64,000 bases of DNA from Acidimicrobiales bacterium (GTDB lineage Bacteria > Actinomycetota > Acidimicrobiia > Acidimicrobiales > JAVJTC01), in NCBI GenBank assembly GCA_040219085.1, contig JAVJTC010000043.1:4481-68480 (forward strand). The letters run 5' to 3'. The position numbers and the translations under genes are program-made. Shown piece after piece: positions 1 to 18,000 of the stretch (within the stretch, counting starts at the first letter, position 1; each line of letters opens with the position of its first letter). The notes beneath the pieces are model-generated. The model made no database searches and was not told the origin of the DNA. It saw nothing but the letters and a program-made list of their open reading frames with translations.

Positions 1-126
1 CACCACGTTGACGCCGTCGACGATCACGGTGCCGGCGCGAGGGTCGACCGCGGACACGACGCCTTCGCGGCCACGGTCCTTGCCGGCGAGAACGATGACG
101 CGGTCACCCTTGCGGATCTTCGCCAT
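1..126 (-). CDS. rplX: 50S ribosomal protein L24, first 42 codons (gene continues past window start)
   Basis: Own translation from ATG 126-124: [42 protein letters not shown], the KOW-type L24 N-terminus. It forms an ATGA overlap with the rplN stop, as in the spc operon. Confidence 0.9.
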   Translation of the reverse strand, partial: MAKIRKGDRVIVLAGKDRGREGVVSAVDPRAGTVIVDGVNVV

Positions 127-494
127 CAGAGCACCTCCGGAGCGAGTGAGACGATGCGCATGAACTGCTTCTCACGCAGCTCACGACCGACCGGGCCGAA
201 GATGCGCGTGCCACGCGGCTGACTCTGGTCGTTGATGAGGACGGCGGCGTTGTCGTCGAAGCGGATGTAGCTGCCGTCGGGGCGGCGGCGTTCCTTGCGG
301 GTCCGCACCACGACGCACTTCACGACGTCACCGCGCTTGACGGCGGCGCCGGGCAGGGCGTCTTTGACCGTGGCGACGAAGATGTCACCGATCGATGCGT
401 ACCGGCGCTTGGAGCCACCGAGAACCTTGATGCACAGAACCTCGCGGGCGCCGGAGTTGTCGGCGACGCGCAGGCGTGTCTCCTGTTGGATCAT
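126..494 (-). CDS. rplN: 50S ribosomal protein L14
   Basis: Internal Met of ORF 126..731: [37 protein letters not shown]..., 122 aa, canonical L14. The longer upstream ORF is an artefact. Confidence 0.97.
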   Translation of the reverse strand: MIQQETRLRVADNSGAREVLCIKVLGGSKRRYASIGDIFVATVKDALPGAAVKRGDVVKCVVVRTRKERRRPDGSYIRFDDNAAVLINDQSQPRGTRIFGPVGRELREKQFMRIVSLAPEVL

Positions 495-501
495 CGGGAG
501 A

Positions 502-777
502 TCACCGTGCCCTTTCGAGGATCTCGACGAGACGCCAGCGCTTGTTCTTCGACAAGGGACGGGTCTCGGCGACACGGACACGATCGCCCTCGCGCAGCGT
601 GTTCTCCTCGTCATGGACGTAGAGACGCTTCTCGCGCTGGACTGTCTTGTTGTAACGACGGTGCCGGACACGGTCGATGGTCGCGACGACGACGGTCTTG
701 TCCATCTTGACGGACACGACCACCCCCTCACGGACCTTGCGCGCGTTCGGCCGCGTCTCGGCGGCTTCGGAAGCCAT
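502..777 (-). CDS. rpsQ: 30S ribosomal protein S17
   Basis: 91 aa containing [42 protein letters not shown]; S17 family, in operon position. Confidence 0.96.
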   Translation of the reverse strand: MASEAAETRPNARKVREGVVVSVKMDKTVVVATIDRVRHRRYNKTVQREKRLYVHDEENTLREGDRVRVAETRPLSKNKRWRLVEILERAR

Positions 778-1004
778 CAGCTGATCTCCTCGTGCTCGAC
801 GGCCTCGGCCGCCTCGATCTCGCGCTCGCGCAGCTCGGTCATGAGCCGCGCGACGTGGCGACGGACCTGGCCGAGACGGGCGTTGTTGTCGAGCTGACCG
901 GTCACGTTCTGGAACCGGAGGTTCAACAGGTCGTCCTTGGCCTCATCGAGTGCGGCGACGAGATCCGCGTCCGACATCGACTCGAGTGCGTTGGAGCGTG
1001 CCAT
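777..1004 (-). CDS. rpmC: 50S ribosomal protein L29
   Basis: 75 aa from internal Met: [40 protein letters not shown]. Overlaps the rplP stop (ATGA) and the rpsQ start. Confidence 0.93.
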   Translation of the reverse strand: MARSNALESMSDADLVAALDEAKDDLLNLRFQNVTGQLDNNARLGQVRRHVARLMTELREREIEAAEAVEHEEIS

Positions 1005-1420
1005 CAGAAACCCTCCCGACGTTCGACGAAACGGGCCTTGATCGGCAGCTTCTGAATCGCCCGCTCGATTGCGGCGCGAGCCACCGCGGGGTCGTTGTAG
1101 TCCAGCTCGAAGAGGATCCGGCCGGGCTTGACGACCGCGACCCACATCTCCGGGTTGCCCTTGCCCGAACCCATCCGGGTCTCGGCGGGCTTCTGGGTGA
1201 CGGGCTTGTCCGGGAACACGTTGATCCAGACCTTGCCGCCACGCTTGATGTGACGTGTCATGGCGATACGCGCGGCCTCGATCTGGCGGGCGGTGATCCA
1301 CCCCGGCTCGAGAGCCTGGATCCCGTAGGCGCCGAACGTGACCTCGGTACCCCCCTTGGAGGCACCCTTCATGCGACCGCGCTGCTGCTTGCGGTGACGC
1401 ACCTTCTTCGGCATCAGCAT
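1004..1420 (-). CDS. rplP: 50S ribosomal protein L16
   Basis: 138 aa: [56 protein letters not shown]. Confidence 0.97.
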   Translation of the reverse strand: MLMPKKVRHRKQQRGRMKGASKGGTEVTFGAYGIQALEPGWITARQIEAARIAMTRHIKRGGKVWINVFPDKPVTQKPAETRMGSGKGNPEMWVAVVKPGRILFELDYNDPAVARAAIERAIQKLPIKARFVERREGF

Positions 1421-2346
1421 CAGTCGGCCTCCCCTGGGCGGAAGTGCGGCGTCTCGCCCTTGTCCTTGGAGGCGCGCTCGATCTCCTCTTCCTGCTCGAG
1501 GAGTCGCTCGAATTCGGCGTCGGCTTCTTTGACGAGCGGCTTGAGTTCCGGCTCCTCGGTGGGGGCGTCGGGCTGCTCGGGGGCCTCGTCCTTGTTCGTC
1601 TCGGGGCGCCCACGCGCCGCCGAGGACACGACCGGGCGCGGCTTGGTCTGCCCCGAGGTCTCCCCGACGGCCATCGCGGCCTCCATGGAGATCTTGTCCT
1701 CGGCCTGGGTCTTGTAGGGAAGGATCTGACCCTTGTAGATCCAGACCTTCACACCGATGCGACCGGCGCTCGTGTGGGCCTCACGCAGGCCGTAGTCGAT
1801 GTCGGCGCGCAGCGTGTGGAGAGGGACACGACCCTCGCGGTACCACTCGGTGCGCGACATCTCCGAACCGCCGAGACGACCCGAACACTGGACCCGGATG
1901 CCCTGGGCGCCGGCCTTCTGTGCGTTCTGCACGGCGCGCTTCATGGCACGTCGGAAGGCGACACGGCCGGCCAACTGGTCGGCGATCCCCTGGGCGATCA
2001 GCGCGGCGTCGAGCTCGGGCTGCTTGATCTCCTGGATGTTCAGCTGGACGCGGTGGTTGCCGGTGATCTCGGTGAGACCGGCACGCAGGCGGTCGGCCTC
2101 GCTGCCACGGCGACCGATGACGATGCCCGGACGCGCTGTGTGCACGTCGATCCGGAGCCGGTCACGGGTTCGCTCCACCTCGATACGGCTGATCGCGGCG
2201 TGCGGAAGCTGCGTCATCAGGTAGTCGCGGATCTTCCAGTCCTCGATCACGAAGTCCTGGTACTCCTGCCGGGTGGCGAACCACCGCGACTTCCAGTCCG
2301 TGGTGACACCGAGGCGGAAGCCGTACGGATTGACCTTCTGTCCCAT
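1420..2346 (-). CDS. rpsC: 30S ribosomal protein S3 with about 90-aa charged C-terminal extension
   Basis: 308 aa starting [24 protein letters not shown], with KH and S3_C regions. The tail is rich in E/K/P/A. Confidence 0.96.
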   Translation of the reverse strand: MGQKVNPYGFRLGVTTDWKSRWFATRQEYQDFVIEDWKIRDYLMTQLPHAAISRIEVERTRDRLRIDVHTARPGIVIGRRGSEADRLRAGLTEITGNHRVQLNIQEIKQPELDAALIAQGIADQLAGRVAFRRAMKRAVQNAQKAGAQGIRVQCSGRLGGSEMSRTEWYREGRVPLHTLRADIDYGLREAHTSAGRIGVKVWIYKGQILPYKTQAEDKISMEAAMAVGETSGQTKPRPVVSSAARGRPETNKDEAPEQPDAPTEEPELKPLVKEADAEFERLLEQEEEIERASKDKGETPHFRPGEAD

Positions 2347-3122
2347 TACTTCTCGTCCTCGGTGTCGTCCTCAGTGGCCTCGGATTCGGCTTCGGCGGAG
2401 GCCTCGACGTCGGCTTCGCCTTCGGCGGAGCCGCCCGCCTCGGTCTCACCCTCCTCGTCGACTGTGTCGTCGTCGAGGTTCACGTCGATGTCGTCGATCT
2501 CCGCGAGTGTCGCCTTGCGTTCCTCGGTCACCCGGTCCTCGACGAGTTCCTTCGCGAGTTCCTGGGCCTGCGCCTCGACATCCACCTCGGCGTCCTCGGC
2601 GGACTCGTCCGCCTCGTCGTCGTGGTCGTGGTCGTGAGCCGCCGCTTCGCGATCTTCGTCACGCTTGCGGCTACGGGCGACGCGCTGACGTCGCGCCTCG
2701 GCGGCCGCGACGCTCGCACCTCTGCTGCCTTCACGTTCGGAGAGCGCTTCGAGCTGCTCGGGCGTGTAGCGGGCGACGATGATCGTGATGTGACAGGTCC
2801 GCTTGCGGATGCGGGTGGCGCGGCCGCGGGCACGGGGACGCCAGCGCTTGAGGGTCGGTCCTTCGTCGGCGTAGCACGCCGCGACGAACAGTTCCTCCGC
2901 GGGGATCCCGTCGTTGTGCTCGGCGTTCGCGACGGCTGAGTCCAGGCACTTGCCGATCACATCGGAGACCCGGCGCTCCGAGAAGGTCAGGATCTCGCTG
3001 GCCCGTCCGTAGGACTCCCCACGGATGAGGTCCAGAATCTCACGGGCCTTGTAGGCCGACACCCGCGCGTGGCGTACGACGGAGCGGGTGCCCGGTCGCT
3101 CATTGGTCTTGGGACCGGTCAT
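2346..3122 (-). CDS. rplV: 50S ribosomal protein L22 with about 130-aa acidic C-terminal extension
   Basis: 258 aa. The L22 core ([19 protein letters not shown]...[10 protein letters not shown]) ends near residue 128. The remainder is an Asp/Glu/Ala-rich tail. Confidence 0.95.
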   Translation of the reverse strand: MTGPKTNERPGTRSVVRHARVSAYKAREILDLIRGESYGRASEILTFSERRVSDVIGKCLDSAVANAEHNDGIPAEELFVAACYADEGPTLKRWRPRARGRATRIRKRTCHITIIVARYTPEQLEALSEREGSRGASVAAAEARRQRVARSRKRDEDREAAAHDHDHDDEADESAEDAEVDVEAQAQELAKELVEDRVTEERKATLAEIDDIDVNLDDDTVDEEGETEAGGSAEGEADVEASAEAESEATEDDTEDEK

Positions 3123-3400
3123 CAGCGCCGACCCCCTCGCTCCTGGCCGGCGTGGAACTTGAAGGTCCGCGTCGGGGCGAACTCACCGAGCTTGTGACCG
3201 ACCATCGACTCGGTAATGTAGACGGGCACGTGCTTGCGTCCGTCGTGGACGGCGAGGGTGTGCCCGACCATGTCGGGGATGATCGTCGAACGGCGCGACC
3301 AGGTCTTGACGACCCGCTTCTCGCCCGACTCGTTGAGTGCGTCGATCTTCTTCAGCAGGTGCCCGTCGACGAACGGACCCTTCTTGAGGCTGCGTGGCAT
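3122..3400 (-). CDS. rpsS: 30S ribosomal protein S19
   Basis: 92 aa from internal Met of ORF 3122..3505: [48 protein letters not shown]. Confidence 0.97.
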   Translation of the reverse strand: MPRSLKKGPFVDGHLLKKIDALNESGEKRVVKTWSRRSTIIPDMVGHTLAVHDGRKHVPVYITESMVGHKLGEFAPTRTFKFHAGQERGGRR

Positions 3401-3411
3401 CGGCTCGACTC

Positions 3412-4251
3412 CTACCGGCGCTTGCCGCGCGAACGGCGACGACGGACGATCATCTTCTCGGACTGCTTCTTGCGGTTGCGGGTCCGGCCCTCGGGCTGGC
3501 CCCACGGCGAGACCGGGTGACGACCACCGGACGTCTTGCCTTCGCCACCGCCATGGGGGTGGTCGACCGGGTTCATGGCCACGCCGCGTGTCTGGGGGCG
3601 CTTGCCCTTCCAGCGGTTGCGGCCGGCCTTACCGATCTTGACGAGCTCGTGCTCGGAGTTGCCGACGACACCGACGGTGGCGCGACAGTCGATCGGAACG
3701 CGACGCATCTCCGACGAGGGGAGGCGCAAGGTGGCGTGATCGCCCTCCTTGGCCACGAGCTGGACGCTGACACCGGCGCTGCGGGCCATCTTGGCGCCCG
3801 CTCCCGGCTTGAGTTCGACGGCGTGGATGACGGTACCCACGGGGATGTAGCGCAGCGGCAGCGCGTTACCGGGCTTCACCTCGGCGGCGGGGCCGTTCTC
3901 GAGCACGTCGCCGACGGTGATGTTGGCCGGGGCGAGGATGTAGCGCTTCTCGCCGTCGTGGTAGTGCAGGAGCGCGATCCGACAGGTGCGGTTCGGGTCG
4001 TACTCGATGGCAGCGACCGACGCCGGCACGCCGTCCTTGTTACGACGGAAATCCACCTGGCGGTACTGACGCTTGTGTCCGCCGCCACGGTGGCGGGCGG
4101 TCTTGCGACCCTTGTTGTTGCGACCACCGGTGCGGTGGCGCGGCTCCAGAAGTCCACGCTCGGGCTTGTCCCGGGTCACATCGGAGAAGTCGTGACCGGT
4201 CTGGAACCGGCGACCCGGGCTGGTCGGCTTACGCCGTCGGATGGCCATCAC
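3412..4251 (-). CDS. rplB: 50S ribosomal protein L2
   Basis: 279 aa containing [22 protein letters not shown] and [14 protein letters not shown]. Confidence 0.98.
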   Translation of the reverse strand: MMAIRRRKPTSPGRRFQTGHDFSDVTRDKPERGLLEPRHRTGGRNNKGRKTARHRGGGHKRQYRQVDFRRNKDGVPASVAAIEYDPNRTCRIALLHYHDGEKRYILAPANITVGDVLENGPAAEVKPGNALPLRYIPVGTVIHAVELKPGAGAKMARSAGVSVQLVAKEGDHATLRLPSSEMRRVPIDCRATVGVVGNSEHELVKIGKAGRNRWKGKRPQTRGVAMNPVDHPHGGGEGKTSGGRHPVSPWGQPEGRTRNRKKQSEKMIVRRRRSRGKRR

Positions 4252-4541
4252 TACACCTCGAACAGTTCGATCGAGTCACCCTCGACGAGGGTGACCATGG
4301 CGCGCTTGGTGTCCCGGCGCTTGCCGAAGGTGCCGTCGCGCCGGTTGCGGATTCGCTTGCCCTTGCGGTTGGCCGTGTTCACCTTGACGACGGACACGCC
4401 GAACACCGTCTCGACGGCGTCGCGGATCTCGGGCTTGGATGCGTCGGGGTGGACGAGGAACGTGTAGACGTTGGCCTCGAGCAGCCCGTAGGACTTCTCG
4501 GAGACGACCGGCTCCTGGATGACGTCGCGTGGGTCTCTCAC
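4251..4541 (-). CDS. rplW: 50S ribosomal protein L23
   Basis: 96 aa with GTG start in a GTGA overlap with the rplD stop: [44 protein letters not shown]. Confidence 0.95.
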   Translation of the reverse strand: MRDPRDVIQEPVVSEKSYGLLEANVYTFLVHPDASKPEIRDAVETVFGVSVVKVNTANRKGKRIRNRRDGTFGKRRDTKRAMVTLVEGDSIELFEV

Positions 4542-5377
4542 TCTTCGTCATCCTCACTGTCGCTGGAATCCCCGGTGTCCTCGCCGCCTTCGGCAGACCC
4601 GCCCAACTCGTCGTCACCTTCGGCATCGGCGGTGTCGCTGCCGGAGGCAGACCCGCCCAACTCGTCGTCACCTTCGGCATCGGCGGTGTCGTCACCACCG
4701 GTCTCCCCTCGGTCGGGGGACTCCTCGATCACCGCTTCCGCCACAGCCGGCGCAGCAGTGGCAGCGACATCCGAGGTCGGTAGCGCCGCCCGGGTGAACA
4801 CGACGACGTCGCTCACGAGGACGTCGTAGGTGTTCAACTGGTCGGCCGTGAGGACATGGACCTCGGGGATGTTGCGGAAGCTCAGCCACGCGGTCTCGTC
4901 GCTGCGGTCGATCACCACGAGCACACGACCCTCGGCGCCGATCGCCGCGAGCTTCTTGCGCGCCTCGCCCGTCTTCGGCGAGTCGAAGCCCCAGTCGTCG
5001 ATGATCACGACCTTGCCGTCGGCGGCACGGTCCGACAGGGCGCTGCGCAGCGCGAGGCGCTTCATCTTCTTGGGAGTCTTCTGGGCGTAGCTGCGGGGCT
5101 TGGGCCCGAGGGCCACGCCACCACCACGCCACTGCGGCGACCGGATCGAACCCTGACGGGCCCGACCGGTGCCCTTCTGCTTCCAGGGCTTCGCCCCACC
5201 ACCACGCACCTCGGCGCGGGTCTTGGTGGACTGGGTACCGCTGCGCTTGGCGGCGAGTTGAGCGGTGACCACCTGGTGCATCACGGGGATGTTCGGCTCG
5301 ATGCCGAAGATCTCCTCATCGAGATCGACGGTGCCGACGTCGGAACCGCTGGCGGACTTCACGGCGACGCTGGGCAT
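4538..5377 (-). CDS. rplD: 50S ribosomal protein L4 with about 77-aa acidic C-terminal extension
   Basis: 279 aa from Met 33 of ORF 4538..5473: [74 protein letters not shown]. The tail contains a duplicated [15 protein letters not shown] unit. Confidence 0.94.
   Translation of the reverse strand: MPSVAVKSASGSDVGTVDLDEEIFGIEPNIPVMHQVVTAQLAAKRSGTQSTKTRAEVRGGGAKPWKQKGTGRARQGSIRSPQWRGGGVALGPKPRSYAQKTPKKMKRLALRSALSDRAADGKVVIIDDWGFDSPKTGEARKKLAAIGAEGRVLVVIDRSDETAWLSFRNIPEVHVLTADQLNTYDVLVSDVVVFTRAALPTSDVAATAAPAVAEAVIEESPDRGETGGDDTADAEGDDELGGSASGSDTADAEGDDELGGSAEGGEDTGDSSDSEDDEE
4593..4692. repeat. In-frame 54-nt tandem duplication inside the rplD 3' tail
   Basis: gcagacccgcccaactcgtcgtcaccttcggcatcggcggtgtcg occurs at 4593 and again at 4647. 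Period is 54 nt (18 codons). Confidence 0.9.
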
Positions 5378-5378
5378 G

Positions 5379-6020
5379 TCAGCGGACTCCCTTGATCGCA
5401 TCGCGGACCACGACGGTGCCACCACGGGGGCCGGGGACCGACCCCTTGACCAGCAGGAGGCTGTTCTCGGCATCGGAGCGGGCCACGGTCAGGTTCAGCG
5501 TGGTCACCTTCTCGCCACCGGAACGACCAGGCATCTTCTTGCCACGGAAGACGCGGGCGGGGGTGGCGCACTGGCCGACGGCGCCGGGCTTGCGGTGGGT
5601 CTTGTGGACGCCATGGGAGGCGCCTACGCCGCTGAAGCCGTGACGCTTCATCGCACCGGTGAAGCCCTTACCGCGACTAACCGCGGTCACGTCGACGAGA
5701 TCGCCGTCGGAGAGTACGTCGACCGAGAGAGACTGACCGACCTCGAAGCCACCGACGTCATCGAGACGGAGCTCCACCAGGCCGACGCCGGGGTCGACGC
5801 CCGCCTTGTCGAAGTGGCCCATCTCGGGCTTGTTGAACTTGCCCGGATCACGTTCGCCCCAGGTGACCTGCACGGCGCTGTAGCCGTCGGTCTCGGGGCG
5901 CTTGATCTGGACGATGCGGCAGGGCGAGACGCGGAGAACCGTCACCGGGACGACGCGGTTCTCGTCGTCCCAGATCTGTGTCATCCCCAGCTTCTCGCCG
6001 ACGATCGCTCTGGTCGCCAT
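5379..6020 (-). CDS. rplC: 50S ribosomal protein L3
   Basis: 213 aa from internal Met: MATRAIVGEKLGMTQIWDDENRVVPVTVL. A GAGGAAGAG Shine-Dalgarno sits 6 nt upstream of ATG 6020. Confidence 0.95.
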   Translation of the reverse strand: MATRAIVGEKLGMTQIWDDENRVVPVTVLRVSPCRIVQIKRPETDGYSAVQVTWGERDPGKFNKPEMGHFDKAGVDPGVGLVELRLDDVGGFEVGQSLSVDVLSDGDLVDVTAVSRGKGFTGAMKRHGFSGVGASHGVHKTHRKPGAVGQCATPARVFRGKKMPGRSGGEKVTTLNLTVARSDAENSLLLVKGSVPGPRGGTVVVRDAIKGVR

Positions 6021-6081
6021 CTCGGGCTCTTCCTCGTTCGAAGTTGACTCGGGCGGGCTGATTGGAACCCGCTCACGCGAA

Positions 6082-6110
6082 CGCTCCGCACAGGCATGCC
6101 TGGCGGAGCG
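6082..6110 (-). promoter_or_regulatory. Stem-loop in the rplC leader
   Basis: cgctccgc-a-caggcatgcctg-gcggagcg: 8-bp outer stem plus a palindromic inner helix, about 60 nt upstream of the rplC start. Confidence 0.35.
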
Positions 6111-6320
6111 CTTATCGGTTGTGCCGTGTGGTGCCCGGAGGCCTGCACGGACGTCGGTTGGACGCTTCGTCGTCCGGACGCAGGTTGCCGATTGAGCGGC
6201 TCGCCCGGTGGACCGGTTCACTGTAGCGCCCGGGCCCCGCCACACCAACCGGCGACAGAACCTCGCCCGGCATGGCGCCGTCGGGGCGGGACGGTCCGCC
6301 GAAGGCGGCGACAGAACGGC

Positions 6321-6350
6321 GAAGGGCGCCGCCCGGAGGCGACGCCCTTC
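6321..6350 (-). promoter_or_regulatory. GC-rich stem-loop just downstream of rpsJ (attenuator or terminator-like, no U-tract)
   Basis: Minus strand GAAGGGCGUCGCC-UCCG-GGCGGCGCCCUUC, about 12 bp with one mismatch, 22 nt after the rpsJ stop. Confidence 0.4.
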
Positions 6351-6372
6351 ACATCAGAATGTGTGCGACAAG

Positions 6373-6693
6373 CTAGGCCTGCTGGATCTTGATCTCGATG
6401 TCGACGCCGGCAGGCAGATCGAGCCGCTGGAGTGAATCGACCGTCTTGGGCGACGGCTCGAGGATGTCCAACAGACGCTTGTGCACCCGCATCTCGAAGT
6501 GCTCGCGGCTGTCCTTGTCCTTGAACGGCCCCCGGATCACCGTGAAACGGTGCTTGTCGGTGGGCAGCGGCACCGGCCCCTTGACGATCGCCTGGGTGCG
6601 CTTGACCGTCTCGACGATCTTCTTCGTCGACTGGTCGATGATCTCGTGATCGTACGCCTTCAGGCGGATGCGGATCTTCTGGCCGGTTGCCAT
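6373..6693 (-). CDS. rpsJ: 30S ribosomal protein S10
   Basis: 106 aa: [45 protein letters not shown]. Confidence 0.97.
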   Translation of the reverse strand: MATGQKIRIRLKAYDHEIIDQSTKKIVETVKRTQAIVKGPVPLPTDKHRFTVIRGPFKDKDSREHFEMRVHKRLLDILEPSPKTVDSLQRLDLPAGVDIEIKIQQA

Positions 6694-6710
6694 GTTCGTC
6701 GTGTCTCCGA

Positions 6711-7901
<1,191 letters not shown>

Positions 7902-7949
7902 TGCTCTCTTCCTCGGATGGACGTGTTGGTTTTTGGACTCGAAACGGGA

Positions 7950-10028
<2,079 letters not shown>

Positions 10029-10130
10029 CGTCGTACCTTCTCGCAGAACAGGGGGGTGCTGTCGGTTCGTCGTCGGTTCACACCGACGCACGGGCCACGA
10101 TCCGGGGCACCGGATCATGACCGGTCTGGT

Positions 10131-10601
10131 TCACCAGCGGTAGTGGGCGAACGCCTTGTTCGAGTCGGCCATCTTGTGGAGGTCCTCGCGACGCTTCACC
10201 GATGCGCCGACACCGTTGGCGGCATCGAGGATCTCGTTGGCGAGGCGGTCACGCATGGTGCGCTCGCGACGCGAACGGGAGTGCTCGACGACCCAGCGGA
10301 TGGCGAGCGTGGTCGAGCGACGCGGCCGGACCTCGACGGGAACCTGGTAGGTGGCGCCGCCGACGCGGCGGCTGCGGACCTCGAGCGCGGGGCGCACGTT
10401 GTCGAGCGCCCGCTTGAGGGTGCCGATGGCGTCGTCACCGGTGCGCTCGCCGACGATCTCGAGCGCGTCGTACACGATGCGCTCGGCGGTCGAACGCTTG
10501 CCGCGCTCGAGGACCTTGTTGATCAACTGGGTGACCACGACCGACCGGTAGACCGGATCAGCCGGGACCTCGCGACGCGGTGGAGCTCCCTTGCGCGGCA
10601 T
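10131..10601 (-). CDS. rpsG: 30S ribosomal protein S7
   Basis: 156 aa from internal Met: [44 protein letters not shown]...AFAHYRW. Confidence 0.97.
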   Translation of the reverse strand: MPRKGAPPRREVPADPVYRSVVVTQLINKVLERGKRSTAERIVYDALEIVGERTGDDAIGTLKRALDNVRPALEVRSRRVGGATYQVPVEVRPRRSTTLAIRWVVEHSRSRRERTMRDRLANEILDAANGVGASVKRREDLHKMADSNKAFAHYRW

Positions 10602-10603
10602 CG

Positions 10604-10972
10604 TCAGCCCTTCTTCGAGCCGTAGCGGCTGCGAGCCTGGCGGCGGGTGTCGACACCGGCCGCGTCCAGAGTTCCGCGGACGACCTTGTAACGCACACCC
10701 GGGAGATCCTTCACACGACCACCGCGTACCAACACGATGGAGTGCTCCTGGAGGTTGTGACCCTCCCCGGGAATGTAGGCCGTGATCTCGACACCGCTGG
10801 TCAGTCGCACACGGGCCACCTTGCGCAGCGCCGAGTTCGGCTTCTTCGGCGTCGTCGTGTAGACGCGGGTGCACACACCCCGACGCTGGGGCGCGCCCTT
10901 GAGGGCGGGTGTCTTCTCCTTGCGGAACTTCGACTTCCGTCCCTTGCGGACGAGTTGCTGGATCGTGGGCAC
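10604..10972 (-). CDS. rpsL: 30S ribosomal protein S12
   Basis: 122 aa: [57 protein letters not shown]. Confidence 0.98.
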   Translation of the reverse strand: MPTIQQLVRKGRKSKFRKEKTPALKGAPQRRGVCTRVYTTTPKKPNSALRKVARVRLTSGVEITAYIPGEGHNLQEHSIVLVRGGRVKDLPGVRYKVVRGTLDAAGVDTRRQARSRYGSKKG

Positions 10973-11087
10973 GCGAACCTACTTCTCAGATGTTTCGGGG
11001 AATTCCAGGCGGCACCGGACAGAACCCGGCGACGCCGGGCCGACTGCAAAGCCTAGGGCCGGCACGGTGTGGCTACAACCGCGCACG

Positions 11088-15035
<3,948 letters not shown>

Positions 15036-15051
15036 GTGCTGGGTCGCCTCC

Positions 15052-18000
15052 TCAGACACCGCTGCGCTGAGCCGCGCGGCGGGCGTCTTCTTCGTCCGAC
15101 CCACGCTCGGGTCGGGACAGATCGATACCGAGTTCCTCGGCGGTTCGGAAAATGTCCTCGTCGAGCTCACGCATCTCGATCTCCTGACCGTCCACGGACA
15201 GGACCTCGACGTTGATGCACAGAGCCTGCATCTCCTTGATGAGCACCTTGAAGGACTCGGGGATACCCGGCTCGGGGATGTTGTCGCCCTTGACGATGGC
15301 CTCGTAGACCTTGACCCGGCCGAGAACATCGTCGGACTTGATCGTCAGCAGCTCCTGGAGGCAGTACGCGGCGCCGTAGGCCTCGAGGGCCCACACCTCC
15401 ATCTCCCCGAAGCGCTGCCCACCGAACTGGGCCTTACCGCCCAGGGGCTGCTGGGTGATCATCGAGTACGGGCCCGTCGAGCGGGCGTGGATCTTGTCGT
15501 CCACGAGGTGGGCCAGCTTCAAGATGTACATGTAGCCGACCATGACCCTGTTGTCGTAGGGCTCGCCGGTACGTCCGTTGTAGAGCTGGGTCTTGCCGTC
15601 ACGACCGATCAGGCGCTCACCGTCCACCGTCTCGGGGTGGAGGTTCTCCAGGATCTTCTGAATCGTGGGGTGCTTACCGGACCGTTCCGTCTCGTCCCAG
15701 TGCGCACCGTCGAACACGGGTGTACCGACGAGCGTCGAGGGAGTGGTGGTCGGACGCGTCTTGGTCTCGGTGTTGCGGATGGGGTCGTGGCCGACGTTCT
15801 CGCCGTCGACCTCCCAGCCCCAGCGCGCCGCGTAGCCGAGGTGCGCCTCGAGGACCTGGCCCACGTTCATCCGTGAGGGAACGCCCAACGGGTTCAAGAT
15901 GATGTCGACCTGATTGCCGTCCGCGGTGAAGGGCATGTCCTCCAGCGGCAGGATCTTCGAGATGACGCCCTTGTTCCCGTGGCGCCCGGCGAGCTTGTCG
16001 CCCACCGAGATCTTGCGCTTCTGGGCCACATAGACCCGCACCAGCTGGTTCACGCCGGGCGGGAGCTCGTGGGCCTCGTCGCGGTTGAAGACCTTGACGT
16101 CGATTACCTTGCCGGTCTCGCCGTGGGGGACCTTCAGCGAGGTGTCGCGGACCTCGCGGGCCTTCTCACCGAAGATCGCCCGCAGGAGGCGTTCCTCGGG
16201 GGTCAGCTCGGTCTCGCCCTTGGGCGTCACCTTGCCGACCAGCACGTCGCCGGGGCCGACCTCGGCGCCCACCCGGATGATCCCCCGCTCGTCGAGATCC
16301 GCGAGGATCTCGTCGGAGAGGTTCGGGATGTCCCGGGTGATCTCCTCGGGGCCGAGCTTCGTGTCGCGGGCGTCGACCTCGTGCTCGTGGATGTGGATCG
16401 AGGTCAGAACGTCGTCGCGCACGAGACGCTCCGACAGGATGATCGCGTCCTCGAAGTTGTAGCCCTCCCAGGGCATGAATGCCACGAGCAGGTTCTTGCC
16501 GAGCGCGAGTTCGCCGTTGTCGGTGCTGGGGCCGTCCGCGAGGACCTGGCCCTTCTTCACCTTGTCGCCTTCGGAGACCCGCACCTTCTGGTTGATCGAG
16601 GTGTCCTGGTTCGAACGCTCGAACTTCAAGAGGCGGTAGACCCGCTTGGTGCCGTTGTCGTAGGTCACCTTTATGGACGTGCCGTCGACGTCGGTGACGA
16701 CACCGTCGTCATCGGCGATCACCATGTCGGCGGCGTCGGAGGCCGCCCGTGACTCGACACCGGTGCCCACGTAGGGGGCCTCGGCCCGCAGCAGCGGCAC
16801 CGCCTGACGCTGCATGTTGGCGCCCATGAGCGCCCGGTTGGCGTCATCGTGCTCGAGGAACGGGATCAGCGCCGTGGCGATCGACACGATCTGCTTGGGC
16901 GAGACGTCCATCAACTGGACCTCGGCCGGCGGCGCGTAGGAGATCTCGGTCGTGGCTCCGAAGAAGACGTCCTGTTCGAGCTGGAGCTTCAGATCCGACA
17001 GCGACGCAGCCTGGGGCGAACGGCGCACCAGCACCCGGTCGTTGATGAAGTCACCCTCGTCGTCGAGGGGGGCGTTCGCCTGCGCGACGACGTACTCCTC
17101 CTCCTCATCGGCCGCGAGATACACGATCTCGTTGGTGACCTTGCCGTCGCGCACCGTTCGGTACGGCGACTCGATGAACCCGAAGCTGTTGACCCGGGCA
17201 TAGGTCGCGAGTGCTCCGATGAGCCCGATGTTGGGACCCTCGGGCGTCTCGATCGGACACATGCGCCCGTAGTGCGAGAAGTGGACGTCACGGACCTCGA
17301 AGCCGGCGCGCTCACGCGACAGGCCGCCCGGGCCGAGCGCCGAGAGACGACGACGGTGGGTGAGCCCCGACAGCGGGTTCACCTGGTCCATGAACTGCGA
17401 CAGCTGGCTGGTCCCGAAGAACTCCTTGATGGCGGCGACCACCGGGCGGATGTTGATCAGGGTCTGGGGCGTGATGGCCTCGACGTCCTGGGTGGTCATG
17501 CGCTCACGCACGACCCGCTCCATGCGCGACAGGCCGATGCGGACCTGGTTCTGGATGAGCTCGCCGACCGAGCGGATGCGGCGGTTCGCGAAGTGATCCT
17601 GGTCGTCGAGGCGGTAGCCCGGCTCGCCCTTGGCGAGATGGAGCAGGTAGGTACAGGTCGCGAGGACCTCGCCCGTCGACAGCACCGACTGGTCCGACTC
17701 GGGACGGTCGACCTCGATGCCGAAGAGCTTCTCGATCTTTTCGAGTTCGGGTTTGAGTTTGCGGTTCAGCTTGTAGCGGCCGACCCGTGACAGGTCGTAG
17801 CGACGCGACTCGAAGAAGGCGTTCTTGAAGTACGACCGTGCGGACTCCGTCGACGGCGGCTCACCGGGACGCGCACGCTTGTAGATCTCGAGCAGCGCCT
17901 CGTCCTGGGTGGGAGCGAGGTCACGGTCCTTCTCCCACTGGCCTTCGAGGAAGTCGAAGTGATCCACGAAGCGCTGCAGGAAACCGGGCTCGTTCTCCTC

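Noticed and set aside
950-2637. Long plus-strand ORFs (950..1717, 1444..2637, and similar ones such as 12864..14507, 42092..44479, 53340..55466) opposite ribosomal, rpoC, groEL and clpC genes
   Set aside because: They lie antisense to unmistakable conserved genes and have Arg/Gly/Asp/His-rich, low-complexity translations. They are the expected stop-codon-poor shadow frames of a high-GC genome.
5379-6248. N-terminal extensions suggested by the longest-ORF coordinates (L3 to 6248; also rpoC to 15329, fusA to 10118, clpC to 56345, acs to 32134, lysS to 61513, and others)
   Set aside because: In each case a conserved family N-terminus begins at an internal Met/Val with a Shine-Dalgarno or a stop-start overlap. 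The upstream extension is Arg/Pro/Ser-rich with no homology.
10973-11087. Recurring GUUCUGUC-type motif in r-protein spacers (rpoC-rpsL spacer, twice in the rpsJ-rplC spacer, GUUCUG before fusA)
   Set aside because: It is short (6-8 nt) with only 3-4 occurrences, and I cannot assess significance without counting k-mers. It is noted inside the spacer finding but not claimed as a motif.
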